A DNA stretch of 56,939 nucleotides from positions 1 through 56,939 of the forward strand of contig JAFTII010000006.1 in assembly GCA_017457005.1 (NCBI GenBank), given 5' to 3'. The translations under genes and the position numbers were made by a program. Positions 21,373 through 30,797 of this stretch are shown here, piece by piece; within the stretch, counting starts at the first letter, position 1; every line of letters begins with the position of its first letter. The notes under the pieces were generated by a model that was not told where the DNA came from, did not search any database, and saw nothing but the letters and a program-made list of their open reading frames with translations. The stretch comes from Alphaproteobacteria bacterium (GTDB lineage Bacteria; Pseudomonadota; Alphaproteobacteria; RF32; CAG-239).

Positions 21373-23148
21373 ATGGCTAAAAAAGATAAAAAGATAAACG
21401 AATCACCCAAACTTCCGTTTTGGCAACATTACCAAATAATGTGGCCTTTTGTTAAGCCATATATGTTTAGAGCATTTTTGGCCATTGCACTTTGTATCCC
21501 GATAGGCGCGTTAGATGCTGTGGTCGCCTTAGCCCTAAAACCTTATATGGATGTTGTGCTGGTAGATAAAAGTGACCAATCACCGGCATATATTCCGATT
21601 CTGATTGTTGCATTTACCTTTGTGCAAGGAGCTTTTAATTATTCCGCTACATATCTTAATGCTTGGGTGGGTGGAAAAATTACAACCGATGTAAAACGAG
21701 CCTTATTTAAAAAGCTTTTGTTCTTGGAACCGTCTTTTTATGATAAAAACGATTCCGGTCATATAATTCAACGTTTTTCGGCAGATGTAGATGTCGCATG
21801 TAATGGATTGATAGATAATATTCGTCTGTTCGTCTCGCGAATATTTTCTTCTTTGTCCTTAGTAGGGGTGTTAATTTATAATTCGTGGCAATTGTCTATA
21901 ATTGCTATTTTAGTGTTAGTATTTGCTTTAATGCCGTTGGCTCGTTTGCGCCGGATGATAAAAGGTGTTATTTATAAGACCGTGCAAGAAAATTCAACGA
22001 TTCTCACTAATTACAATGAAACATACCACGGTAATAAAACCATTGCCGCATATAATCTGCAAAAACAGACTTATCATAACTATTCTAATGTTATCGGGCG
22101 ATTATTTAAGTTATCCATAAAAATGGTGCAAAGAACGGCATGGATGACCCCCATGCTTCATATTGTAGCTTCTGTAGGAATTGGTGGCGTTATCGGAGTT
22201 GGCAGTTACTTGATTGTCAATGGTACGATAACATCTGGTAACTTTGTATCTTTTATTACAGCTTTAATTCTGCTTTATAATCCTATTAAAAATATTGGCA
22301 AAAATTTTAGTGCCGTTCAGGTTTCTTTTTTAGCAATAGAACGTATTGCCGAAATATTGGATTTACAGCCGCAAATAAGTTCTTCAAAAGGTGCTTATAT
22401 CTTACCTGCGGTAAACCGAGAAATTTGTTTTAATGATGTTAGTTTTTCTTATAACCCTGATGTGGAAATTTTAAAACACATAAACCTGAAGGTTAAAGCC
22501 GGTACGACAGTGGCAATAGTTGGTAATTCCGGAGGGGGAAAGTCAACGATTGTTAGTTTACTTCCTCGCTTTTATGATGTCTGTTCAGGACAAATAACGA
22601 TAGACGGTTATGATGTCAGGGACATTAGTCTGGACAGTTTGCGTAAAAATATTGCGGTTGTTTTTCAGGATAATTTCTTATTCTCCGGTACTTTGCGTGA
22701 TAATATTCTTATGGGCAAACCTGACGCAACGGAATATGAATTAAATCAAGCTTTAGAAATGGCATATCTTAAAGATTTTGTTTCTGAGCAGGATAAAGGG
22801 CTGGATACCGATATCGGAGAAAGAGGCAGTTTGCTTTCCGGCGGGCAACGACAAAGAGTGGCTATTGCAAGAGCCTTTATTAAAAATGCTCCGGTTGTTA
22901 TTTTAGATGAAGCAACATCCGCATTGGATAATAAATCTGAGGCAGTTGTTCAAAAAGCAATAGATAATTTGATGCAAGATAGAACAGTATTTGTTATTGC
23001 ACATCGTCTTTCTACTGTGCAGAATGCTGATGAAATAATTGTGGTTAATGATGGCGAGATTGTAGAGCGTGGTTCACACAAAACATTGTTAAAAATTGAG
23101 AATGGAGCGTATCGGGCTTTGTACAATGCGCAGTTTAAATCTAAATAA
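21373..23148 (+). CDS. ABC exporter, fused permease/ATPase, MsbA-like
   Basis: Six TM helices are followed by Walker A (GNSGGGKST), the signature LSGGQRQR and Walker B (ILDEATS). The start was moved to MAKKDKK at ATG 21373. Confidence 0.9.
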   Translation: MAKKDKKINESPKLPFWQHYQIMWPFVKPYMFRAFLAIALCIPIGALDAVVALALKPYMDVVLVDKSDQSPAYIPILIVAFTFVQGAFNYSATYLNAWVGGKITTDVKRALFKKLLFLEPSFYDKNDSGHIIQRFSADVDVACNGLIDNIRLFVSRIFSSLSLVGVLIYNSWQLSIIAILVLVFALMPLARLRRMIKGVIYKTVQENSTILTNYNETYHGNKTIAAYNLQKQTYHNYSNVIGRLFKLSIKMVQRTAWMTPMLHIVASVGIGGVIGVGSYLIVNGTITSGNFVSFITALILLYNPIKNIGKNFSAVQVSFLAIERIAEILDLQPQISSSKGAYILPAVNREICFNDVSFSYNPDVEILKHINLKVKAGTTVAIVGNSGGGKSTIVSLLPRFYDVCSGQITIDGYDVRDISLDSLRKNIAVVFQDNFLFSGTLRDNILMGKPDATEYELNQALEMAYLKDFVSEQDKGLDTDIGERGSLLSGGQRQRVAIARAFIKNAPVVILDEATSALDNKSEAVVQKAIDNLMQDRTVFVIAHRLSTVQNADEIIVVNDGEIVERGSHKTLLKIENGAYRALYNAQFKSK

Positions 23149-23174
23149 AGGACAATATATAGCTAACTAATTTA

Positions 23175-23203
23175 TTGACTCAACGGATTCATTGTATTAA
23201 TTT
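23175..23203 (+). promoter_or_regulatory. Candidate sigma70-type promoter for the ileS leader
   Basis: TTGACT, a 17-nt spacer, then TAATTT. Confidence 0.35.
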
Positions 23204-23233
23204 AATAGCGAATTTATATTAAAGGATAAACTT

Positions 23234-23298
23234 ATGTGCTGTTTATATATACGGATTATTTCTAATATTATCCCCTAGGGGGATGTTCTTTTTCTTTG
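23234..23298 (+). promoter_or_regulatory. Candidate leader peptide plus terminator (attenuator-like) upstream of ileS
   Basis: A 14-codon ORF, MCCLYIRIISNIIP (5 Ile), follows AAAGGA. Its stop codon TAG forms the loop of the hairpin atcccc-tag-ggggat, which is followed by gttctttttcttt. Confidence 0.35.
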
Positions 23299-23358
23299 CA
23301 CATAATTAATCAACCTAGTTTCTAACCATAATCAATCAAAAATGTAAGGTGTATTCAG

Positions 23359-26300
23359 ATGACGAAACATTATGCCGAAGTAAAGGCCAAACCAAATTTT
23401 GTAGAAGTAGAAAAAGAGATTCTAAAATTTTGGGAAGAAAATAATACTTTTGAAAAATCAGTTCATAATCGTGATGGTGCTTCAGAATTTGTTTTTTATG
23501 ACGGTCCGCCGTTTGCCAATGGCACTCCGCACTATGGACATATCATGGTTTCCTATGTAAAAGATGTTGTTGCTCGCTTTCAAACCATGAACGGCAAGAA
23601 AGTAGAACGTCGCTTAGGTTGGGATTGTCACGGATTGCCGGCAGAAATGTCCGCTGAGAAACAACTCGGAGTTTCCGGACGTAAACAAATAGAAGAATAT
23701 GGAGTTGAGAAGTTTAATGCTTTTTGTCGCTCCGATGTTCTTAAATATTCCGGTATTTGGGTAGATATGTTTAAGCGTATAGGTCGCTGGGTTGACTTTA
23801 ACAATGACTATAAGACAATGGATTTGTCTTTTATGGAGAGTGTTATCTCTAATTTTAAGCAACTTTACGATAAAGGATTGGTTTATGAAGATTATCGTGT
23901 TTTGCCTTATTCTTGGGCTGCGGAAACTCCGCTTTCTAATTTTGAGGTAAACCAAGGTTATCAGGATAAGACCGATAACGCCATTACCGTGTTGTTTAAG
24001 CTTGAAAACGGAATGAAGATATTGGTATGGACAACCACGCCATGGACGTTGCCTTCCAACTTAATGTTGGCTGTCGGGGCTGACATTGATTACGTTATTA
24101 TGGAAGAAGCCGGACAAAAATATATTTTAGGCCGAGCATTGTTGGGACGCTATAAAAAGCAATTGGAAAATGCGGTTGAAGTAGGCGCACTTAAAGGAAA
24201 AGACTTGGTTGGTATGAGCTATGAGCCAATGTTCCCTTACTTTAAGCATTTAAAAGAAAAAGGCTGCTTTAAAGTCTTAGCAGGAGAATTTGTTTCTACA
24301 GAGGATGGTACCGGAGTTGTTCATATAGCCCCCGGATTTGGTCAGGATGACTTTGATGTTTGCCGATCTTGTGATGATAGTTTTCCGGTAATATGTCCTG
24401 TGGATGAGGCGGGCAAATTCACTTCAGAAGTCGTTGATTACCAAGGTATGCAAGTTTTTGAAACTAATGAACCGATAATGCAGTGGCTCAAAGAAAACGG
24501 ATTGTTGGTTAAAAAAGAGCAATATACTCACTCTTACCCGTTTTGCTGGCGAACAGATACTCCGCTAATATACAAAGCGATGTCCAGTTGGTTTGTGAGA
24601 GTGACTGATTTTAGGGACGATATGGTTAAAAACAACCAAGAGATAAACTGGGTTCCTGATCACATTAAAGATGGTCGATTCGGAAAATGGTTAGAAGGAG
24701 CCAGAGATTGGTCTATTTCTCGCAATCGTTTTTGGGGTACTCCGATTCCTGTATGGAAATCAGATAATCCTAAGTTCCCGCGTATAGATGTTTTTGGTTC
24801 ATTAGCAGAAATTAAGGAAAAAACTGGAATTGACGTTAATGATTTGCATAAGCCTTATATAGACGATGTCGTTTATCCTAATCCGGATGACCCGAGTGGA
24901 AAAACCATGATGCACCGTGTAAGCGATGTATTTGACTGTTGGTTTGAAAGCGGCTCAATGCCTTATGCTCAAGTCCACTATCCGTTTGAAAATAAACAGT
25001 GGTTTGAAGAGCATTTTCCTGCAGATTTTATTGTGGAAGCTATGGATCAAACCAGAGGATGGTTCTACACCTTAACCGTTCTTTCCACCGCATTACATAA
25101 CAGACCGGCATTTAAGAATTGTATTTGTACCGGTTTATTGATGGCAGAAGGTGGTCAAAAACTTTCTAAACGTCTCAAGAATTATCCTGATCCTAATGAG
25201 GTTTTGGATACCATAGGTTCAGATACATTACGTTGGTTCTTGGTATCATCTCCAGTATTGAAAGGCGGCAACTTGGCTGTAGATAAAGAAGGTAAGGAGA
25301 TTATTAAAGCTGCTCGTGTTGCTCAAATTCCGTTATGGAACGCTTTTTATTTCTTTACTTTATATGCTAATGCTGAAAATTATAAGGCTAAAGAGGTATA
25401 TTCTTCATCTGAAGCCATAGACAACTATATTCTTTCCAAGCTTAAAAAGCTTTCTGAGGTGGTGCGCAAGGGGATAGACAGTTACGATGTTGCTGCAGCA
25501 ACCAATGAAATAGCTTTGTTTATGGAAGTTCTGAATAACTGGTATATTCGTCGTAGCAGAGATCGTTTCTGGGAGGGCGATGCACAGGCGTTTGATGTTT
25601 TATATACGGTTTTGGTAAATCTTAGTAAGATTTTAGCGCCTTTAATGCCGTTTGTATCTGAATATGTATTTAAGAAATTAACCGGAGAGGAATCTGTGCA
25701 TTTAACGGATTATCCCCGTTTGGATGATATTCGGTTTGATGCCGGATTGGTTGAAGAAATGGATTTTTTGCAAGATTTATGTTCGGCCGGTAAATTTATC
25801 CGTGAAGAAAAGAATTTGCGTAATCGTTTACCGCTAAGCAGTCTTACATTAATCGGACACAATCTTTCAGCTGCTTATCAGGATATTGTAAAAGATGAAC
25901 TTAATGTCAAAGAAGTTAAGTTTGATAATAATTTGCAAGCTTATGCAGATAAAAAGATTTACCTCTATACTCCGCTTTTAGGTAAAGCCTTGGGCAAAGA
26001 TATGGGTGCCGTAATGGCAGCATATAAACAAGGTAACTGGGAGCTTAATTCTGATGGAAGCTTAAGTATTGGCGGACAAACACTTCAAACAGATTTATTT
26101 GAAGTTCGTTTAGAAATGAAAGATGGAGTTGCCGGTAAATCTTTTGCTGATAACCGTGCCGTAATTACTTTAGATACAAATGTAACAGAAGAACTGAAAC
26201 GAGAAGGTATGGCGCGAGATTTTGTTCGCTTGGTACAAAGTCTTCGTAAGGATAAAGATTTTAATATCTCTGATAGGATAGAGCTTAATTGGTCAACTTC

Positions 26301-26448
26301 TGATACAGAGCTGGCTAAAGCTTTAGAAGAGAATAAAGACTATATTGCAGAACAAGTTTTGGCTGTTAAAATTAATAATAATTGCACAACCGGAACAACT
26401 GCTGATGTTGACGGTGTAGCTGTCTGCTTTGATGCTAAAGTAGCATAG
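23359..26448 (+). CDS. ileS: Isoleucine--tRNA ligase, type 2 (eukaryote-like clade)
   Basis: The motifs are FYDGPPFANGTPHYGH (HIGH region) and KLSKRLKNYPDP (KMSKS region). The protein is 1029 aa and lacks the type-1 C-terminal zinc-finger pattern. Confidence 0.95.
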   Translation: MTKHYAEVKAKPNFVEVEKEILKFWEENNTFEKSVHNRDGASEFVFYDGPPFANGTPHYGHIMVSYVKDVVARFQTMNGKKVERRLGWDCHGLPAEMSAEKQLGVSGRKQIEEYGVEKFNAFCRSDVLKYSGIWVDMFKRIGRWVDFNNDYKTMDLSFMESVISNFKQLYDKGLVYEDYRVLPYSWAAETPLSNFEVNQGYQDKTDNAITVLFKLENGMKILVWTTTPWTLPSNLMLAVGADIDYVIMEEAGQKYILGRALLGRYKKQLENAVEVGALKGKDLVGMSYEPMFPYFKHLKEKGCFKVLAGEFVSTEDGTGVVHIAPGFGQDDFDVCRSCDDSFPVICPVDEAGKFTSEVVDYQGMQVFETNEPIMQWLKENGLLVKKEQYTHSYPFCWRTDTPLIYKAMSSWFVRVTDFRDDMVKNNQEINWVPDHIKDGRFGKWLEGARDWSISRNRFWGTPIPVWKSDNPKFPRIDVFGSLAEIKEKTGIDVNDLHKPYIDDVVYPNPDDPSGKTMMHRVSDVFDCWFESGSMPYAQVHYPFENKQWFEEHFPADFIVEAMDQTRGWFYTLTVLSTALHNRPAFKNCICTGLLMAEGGQKLSKRLKNYPDPNEVLDTIGSDTLRWFLVSSPVLKGGNLAVDKEGKEIIKAARVAQIPLWNAFYFFTLYANAENYKAKEVYSSSEAIDNYILSKLKKLSEVVRKGIDSYDVAAATNEIALFMEVLNNWYIRRSRDRFWEGDAQAFDVLYTVLVNLSKILAPLMPFVSEYVFKKLTGEESVHLTDYPRLDDIRFDAGLVEEMDFLQDLCSAGKFIREEKNLRNRLPLSSLTLIGHNLSAAYQDIVKDELNVKEVKFDNNLQAYADKKIYLYTPLLGKALGKDMGAVMAAYKQGNWELNSDGSLSIGGQTLQTDLFEVRLEMKDGVAGKSFADNRAVITLDTNVTEELKREGMARDFVRLVQSLRKDKDFNISDRIELNWSTSDTELAKALEENKDYIAEQVLAVKINNNCTTGTTADVDGVAVCFDAKVA

Positions 26449-26470
26449 GGTTACAAATAGAATCCGCAAA

Positions 26471-26500
26471 CTCCTTCCGCTATATTTTTAGCGGAAGGAG
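26471..26500 (+). terminator. Terminator after ileS
   Basis: 11-bp stem ctccttccgct / agcggaaggag with an 8-nt loop and an AT-rich tail. Confidence 0.65.
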
Positions 26501-26677
26501 TAATTTATTTAGATTCTTTTTATTTTTTTGCTGTAAAATGTCAAAAAATATAAAGGAATCAGTCTCTTTTTTACAAAATTTAAAGAAAGTTGACAAAAAG
26601 TTGTTGAAATAGATTAAATTTTATGATATATTCATCGCAATTAATAGGCATATAGCGATTTAATAGGAGCAGAAACT

Positions 26678-29600
26678 ATGGCAAACAAGGACGCAATTCA
26701 ATTGGAAAATGAAAATATATCAAGAGTTGCTGAAATTAATAATAGTAAGAATTTAGACCAATATACGTATGCAGATTTGGCTGATGTAATGACCATGCTT
26801 CAAGATAAGGCATTGAGCAATACAGCCGGTGTAAAAGCTGCCATAGTAAAAGTTCAAGCTGCTATTGATAAGCGTTTGGAGGCAGTAAGTACAGGCAATG
26901 AGCCTTTATCTGTTGATGATTTGTCTGCTTTAAATCAACTTATGCAATATGGCAAAAACAAGCAAACTAAAAAGAAGGTTCAGCAAGTTATAGATGGTAT
27001 AGTTGCAGAATACGAAGAAGCAAATGGTCTTAATTTAGGTGAAGAAGTATTACGTAAAAACGATGCTACCTTAGATCAGCACTTATCAGAAATGAACTTA
27101 TATGAAGGACAAGAAGTTCATGAAAATTTTTCTGACCTTCAACCTGTTGTTAGCCGAGTTTCGCTTGTTGACGATGAGCAAGATAAAATTTTATCAGATA
27201 AAGAAAAGGCTGAAAACTTAAAGCTTTTATTTGAAGCCGCCAAAATTGAAACTTATCGTAAACATGTCGGAAGCATTAAATATTTAATGTCCACTCAGGC
27301 TGAACAAAAGCAAATGCTTGCTGAGAGTGCGCAAGAAATATTTATGGCCAAATTAGGACAAGCAGCTCTTGCTTCTGAGATTACTCCTCCTACGGTAGAA
27401 GAACTCCAAGATGAGGCTAAACTTCAGGCCTATATTGAGCGGACTGATAAAGAAGCTAAAGAAAAATTACAACAAGCAATTAATTCTAAAGAAAAAATAG
27501 TTGCTAAAACTGAAAACATTATAGCTTCTTGCGCACAAACAGATGTAGAAAACACCTACTTCAGTACCAGACTTAATGAAAGAATTGGTGAAAGCAAATT
27601 TTCTTCAAGGTTGGAAAACTTCCGAAAAATTGCTAAAGGACTTTGGAAAAATAAATATAAAATTGCCCGTGAAATAGGACAGAACATAAAAGACAACAGG
27701 CTCAAAGTTACCCTTGATCTTTTAGGTACGCTTGGTGTCGGTGTGGCCATGTCCACCGCTACGGCACCGGTAATCGCCGGAGCTTTTGTTGCTTATGGTC
27801 TTCACTCAATGGCCGGAGCATATTGGGGACCAGTTTTAGCCGAAGCCAACAAATTAAGACGTATCGCAAATGAGCAAGGCCAAACACTTAAGTTTAATCA
27901 AGCTAAAAAGTTGGCATGGGCCAAACTTAAAGACAGCAGAGATTATAAAAGAAATGCTCGCTGGAGCGCGGCCGGAGGATTTTTGGGAGCCGTTTTGGGT
28001 GTTGGAAGCTTAGGCTTGGGTTTAAGAACTGCAATTGCTAGAGCCGGTTCTTTTGCCGGACGTTTGGCTGGTTCAACATCATCTCAAATTCACGGATATA
28101 TAACAGCTAAACGAGATTATGAACGGAAACAAACAAAAGAAACTGAAGCAAGGTTAAACGGTGCTAAATTAAATTTAGGATTAGGCGTTATTATTTCCAC
28201 AGTAAGTGCATCTATTTCTTTAAACCATATTAAGGAAGACGCTTTACAAGATGTATTAGCAAGTTTTAAAGACATTGTAGAAAATATCAGCGAAAAAACC
28301 GGAGATATAAGCGACAGTGTAGTAACTAAATTACAGGACATAGACATACCGAAATGGCAAGGTTTGGGAAAACCTGAAAATATTACCGAAAGTCTTCCTA
28401 CGGTTGCAGACACTTCTGAAGTCTTAACAACGGATACATCTGCCGTTTCTCAGCCGGTAAGTTATGAGCCTGTTGCGATTGTTGAAGAAATTAGTGTGCC
28501 GCAAGCAGGGGATATTTTATCACAAAAAGACCACGGTAACGGAATTGTAGAAACCATAACTTTAGGAGCTGACGGCAGACATTATCAAGATGTTATCGGT
28601 TTAAGTGGAGGAATAGAAACCACTGAAGGCATACAAGCATTTTATGAACGTCGTACCTCAAACATGAACCAATTTAATTATCTGATTAATATGATTGAAG
28701 CACCTGATGGCAAGTTTATGGATGCTAACCAAGCTGTTGAAGCCATGAAACAGCAAATTGAACTTGGTTTTGTTGAGCTTCCGGAAGGATTAACTGCTGA
28801 ACATGCAATCCATACCGCTTTTATGCACGGACACTATACAGGAGATATGAGCGCTATTAATGCCTTATCTTGTCCTAATGGCGAAGATACTGTAGAGATG
28901 TTTAGTCGCTTATCTTTCAAATATAGTACAGATGCAGGATTTATCGGACGTCCGGTTGATCCTGATGTGAAATTGCCGATGCAAGCAGGTACAATAGATG
29001 TCAAAACTCCTTGTGAGCCGGTCATAAGTTCACCGATAGAAGAAGTTGAGCCTATAATTCCTCCGGCTGTAGAACCGGTTATTATAGATGAAGTTGGTGT
29101 AACTTATGCTGCAGAACCTCAAGCAACTGTAGAGTATCCATCAGCGTATGCCGGAAAAGATACTTATCCGACTAATGGCGATGCCGACTACCAATTATTT
29201 ATGGAAGACCGTAAAGGTGATGGTTTGACTGCAACAACAATATACGCTCCCGATAATAGAGAAGGCTACAGGTTAACCGGAGACAATCGTATAACTTTAG
29301 GTATTGATACGGAAAATGAAGATATTGTAGCATTCCAAACTCAACGTCAGTTCAATATCCGAGACGGATATTTAGTTGCACCGGAAAGTACGATTAATCA
29401 GCTGGCTGAAGTTATGGGCGGAAAAGTTGGAGAAGCCTTTACTTATGTTGATGGAGATAAAGAATACATCAAATACATCAGTCAGGCCGGAACCGTAGTT
29501 ACTTTTGATCCTGATAATAATTATCAGGCTGTGGTTGAAAATGCCGTTCAAGGTCAAGGAGTACCGTTGGATATTCAAAAAGAAACAGTAGAACAAGCAA

Positions 29601-29740
29601 TTGCTTCTATAAATGAACAACGTAACGGAGAATTGGCACTTAATGGTTTCCAAAAACCGCAAAGCGATTCTGCTCTTACTCGCATTACAACTCCTAAAGG
29701 CAATATCTATGCCCGAATAGCTGTAAGAGGCGGTCGTTAA
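26678..29740 (+). CDS. Hypothetical 1020-aa protein: coiled-coil N-terminal region, Gly/Ala-rich TM cluster, large C-terminal region
   Basis: A long intact ORF with its own AT-rich upstream region and a strong downstream terminator. Hydrophobic glycine-zipper-like segments lie at about aa 345-520. A PVE-rich linker lies at about aa 785-810. No family recognised. Confidence 0.6.
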   Translation: MANKDAIQLENENISRVAEINNSKNLDQYTYADLADVMTMLQDKALSNTAGVKAAIVKVQAAIDKRLEAVSTGNEPLSVDDLSALNQLMQYGKNKQTKKKVQQVIDGIVAEYEEANGLNLGEEVLRKNDATLDQHLSEMNLYEGQEVHENFSDLQPVVSRVSLVDDEQDKILSDKEKAENLKLLFEAAKIETYRKHVGSIKYLMSTQAEQKQMLAESAQEIFMAKLGQAALASEITPPTVEELQDEAKLQAYIERTDKEAKEKLQQAINSKEKIVAKTENIIASCAQTDVENTYFSTRLNERIGESKFSSRLENFRKIAKGLWKNKYKIAREIGQNIKDNRLKVTLDLLGTLGVGVAMSTATAPVIAGAFVAYGLHSMAGAYWGPVLAEANKLRRIANEQGQTLKFNQAKKLAWAKLKDSRDYKRNARWSAAGGFLGAVLGVGSLGLGLRTAIARAGSFAGRLAGSTSSQIHGYITAKRDYERKQTKETEARLNGAKLNLGLGVIISTVSASISLNHIKEDALQDVLASFKDIVENISEKTGDISDSVVTKLQDIDIPKWQGLGKPENITESLPTVADTSEVLTTDTSAVSQPVSYEPVAIVEEISVPQAGDILSQKDHGNGIVETITLGADGRHYQDVIGLSGGIETTEGIQAFYERRTSNMNQFNYLINMIEAPDGKFMDANQAVEAMKQQIELGFVELPEGLTAEHAIHTAFMHGHYTGDMSAINALSCPNGEDTVEMFSRLSFKYSTDAGFIGRPVDPDVKLPMQAGTIDVKTPCEPVISSPIEEVEPIIPPAVEPVIIDEVGVTYAAEPQATVEYPSAYAGKDTYPTNGDADYQLFMEDRKGDGLTATTIYAPDNREGYRLTGDNRITLGIDTENEDIVAFQTQRQFNIRDGYLVAPESTINQLAEVMGGKVGEAFTYVDGDKEYIKYISQAGTVVTFDPDNNYQAVVENAVQGQGVPLDIQKETVEQAIASINEQRNGELALNGFQKPQSDSALTRITTPKGNIYARIAVRGGR

Positions 29741-29754
29741 TTAATTTACAAAAT

Positions 29755-29800
29755 AAAAAACATCCCGAAGATTGTAATTATAATCTTCGGGATGTTTTTT
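29755..29800. terminator. Strong bidirectional terminator
   Basis: 19-nt arms aaaaaacatcccgaagatt / aatcttcgggatgtttttt, giving an A-run and a T-run on both strands. Confidence 0.8.
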
Positions 29801-29828
29801 ATTGTTAAGAAATCAGCGAACAGTCAAT

Positions 29829-30689
29829 CTAATCTACAAGATAAATTTGAGGAAACCCTACATTGGGGTTAATTTTTTTAAATTGTTCTAATGACAAATA
29901 AACCGATACATACAGATTTTCGGCAATGGTTATACCGTACGCAGGTTCTACGTCATCATCATCAATCAGTACCAAAGGTAATTCCGGAGCGTAAAGCTCT
30001 TTATTCTCAGGAATGGCTTCTAAGTGGCAATTTTGTATTTTCTTTTTTCCATACAAATTAAGCAACTGACAAGCTCTAACACTCGGGAAATAAACCTCAT
30101 AGTCGGAATAATAACACTTATTCCAAGAACTGCACGCATTAAGCGCCTCATCTCGCGTAATGTTTTTATAAAAAGACAGCGGAGCAAACAGTATAACTTC
30201 AACTTTATCGGTGTCATGATGCAATGTGACAATGCCTGTAGCTTGATTTAAATGATAAACTACTTCAAGATTGTCATTAACATAACAAGGTCGCTTATAA
30301 TCTTGACAGATATAACCTGCCTGAACAGCTTTCCACCTTAAATAGTAGCAAAAATCAACTGGAATTTCATTTGGGTAGGATATCCAACCTTGATCGGCCT
30401 TATGTAGAATTTCTTTGCACAAATCAGCCGGTATAACTTCCCATCTGCTATAATTAAAAGAGAAATAACGTTGCGCAAGTTTGATAAATGAACGGCGCAC
30501 GCTTTTATAAGTACCTTTGTTTGGGAATATTTCTCTGTGCTTTAACCACATGGTTTTGATACGTTCGTATGTATCTAAAATTTCCCTAATGCAGTCTTTT
30601 TTTGTTCTGTTGGCAAAAAACCACCGACGGATGTTGCCTACATTGTCTGTCCATAGGACAAGTTGCTGACTAAATTCTTTTTCACTCAT
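29829..30689 (-). CDS. Hypothetical Cys/aromatic-rich cytoplasmic protein
   Basis: An intact ORF. I prefer the ATG at 30689 (MSEKEF...) over the GTG at 30725 used by the ORF track. No family recognised. Confidence 0.5.
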   Translation of the reverse strand: MSEKEFSQQLVLWTDNVGNIRRWFFANRTKKDCIREILDTYERIKTMWLKHREIFPNKGTYKSVRRSFIKLAQRYFSFNYSRWEVIPADLCKEILHKADQGWISYPNEIPVDFCYYLRWKAVQAGYICQDYKRPCYVNDNLEVVYHLNQATGIVTLHHDTDKVEVILFAPLSFYKNITRDEALNACSSWNKCYYSDYEVYFPSVRACQLLNLYGKKKIQNCHLEAIPENKELYAPELPLVLIDDDDVEPAYGITIAENLYVSVYLSLEQFKKINPNVGFPQIYLVD

Positions 30690-30797
30690 AATAATAAAAA
30701 TTAAAGTTACAAAATAATAAAACACTAATGCTTATAATAGCATTAAATTATCAAAAAGCAATAGATAACAATCTTTTATTGTAAGGTGTAAATTTGC

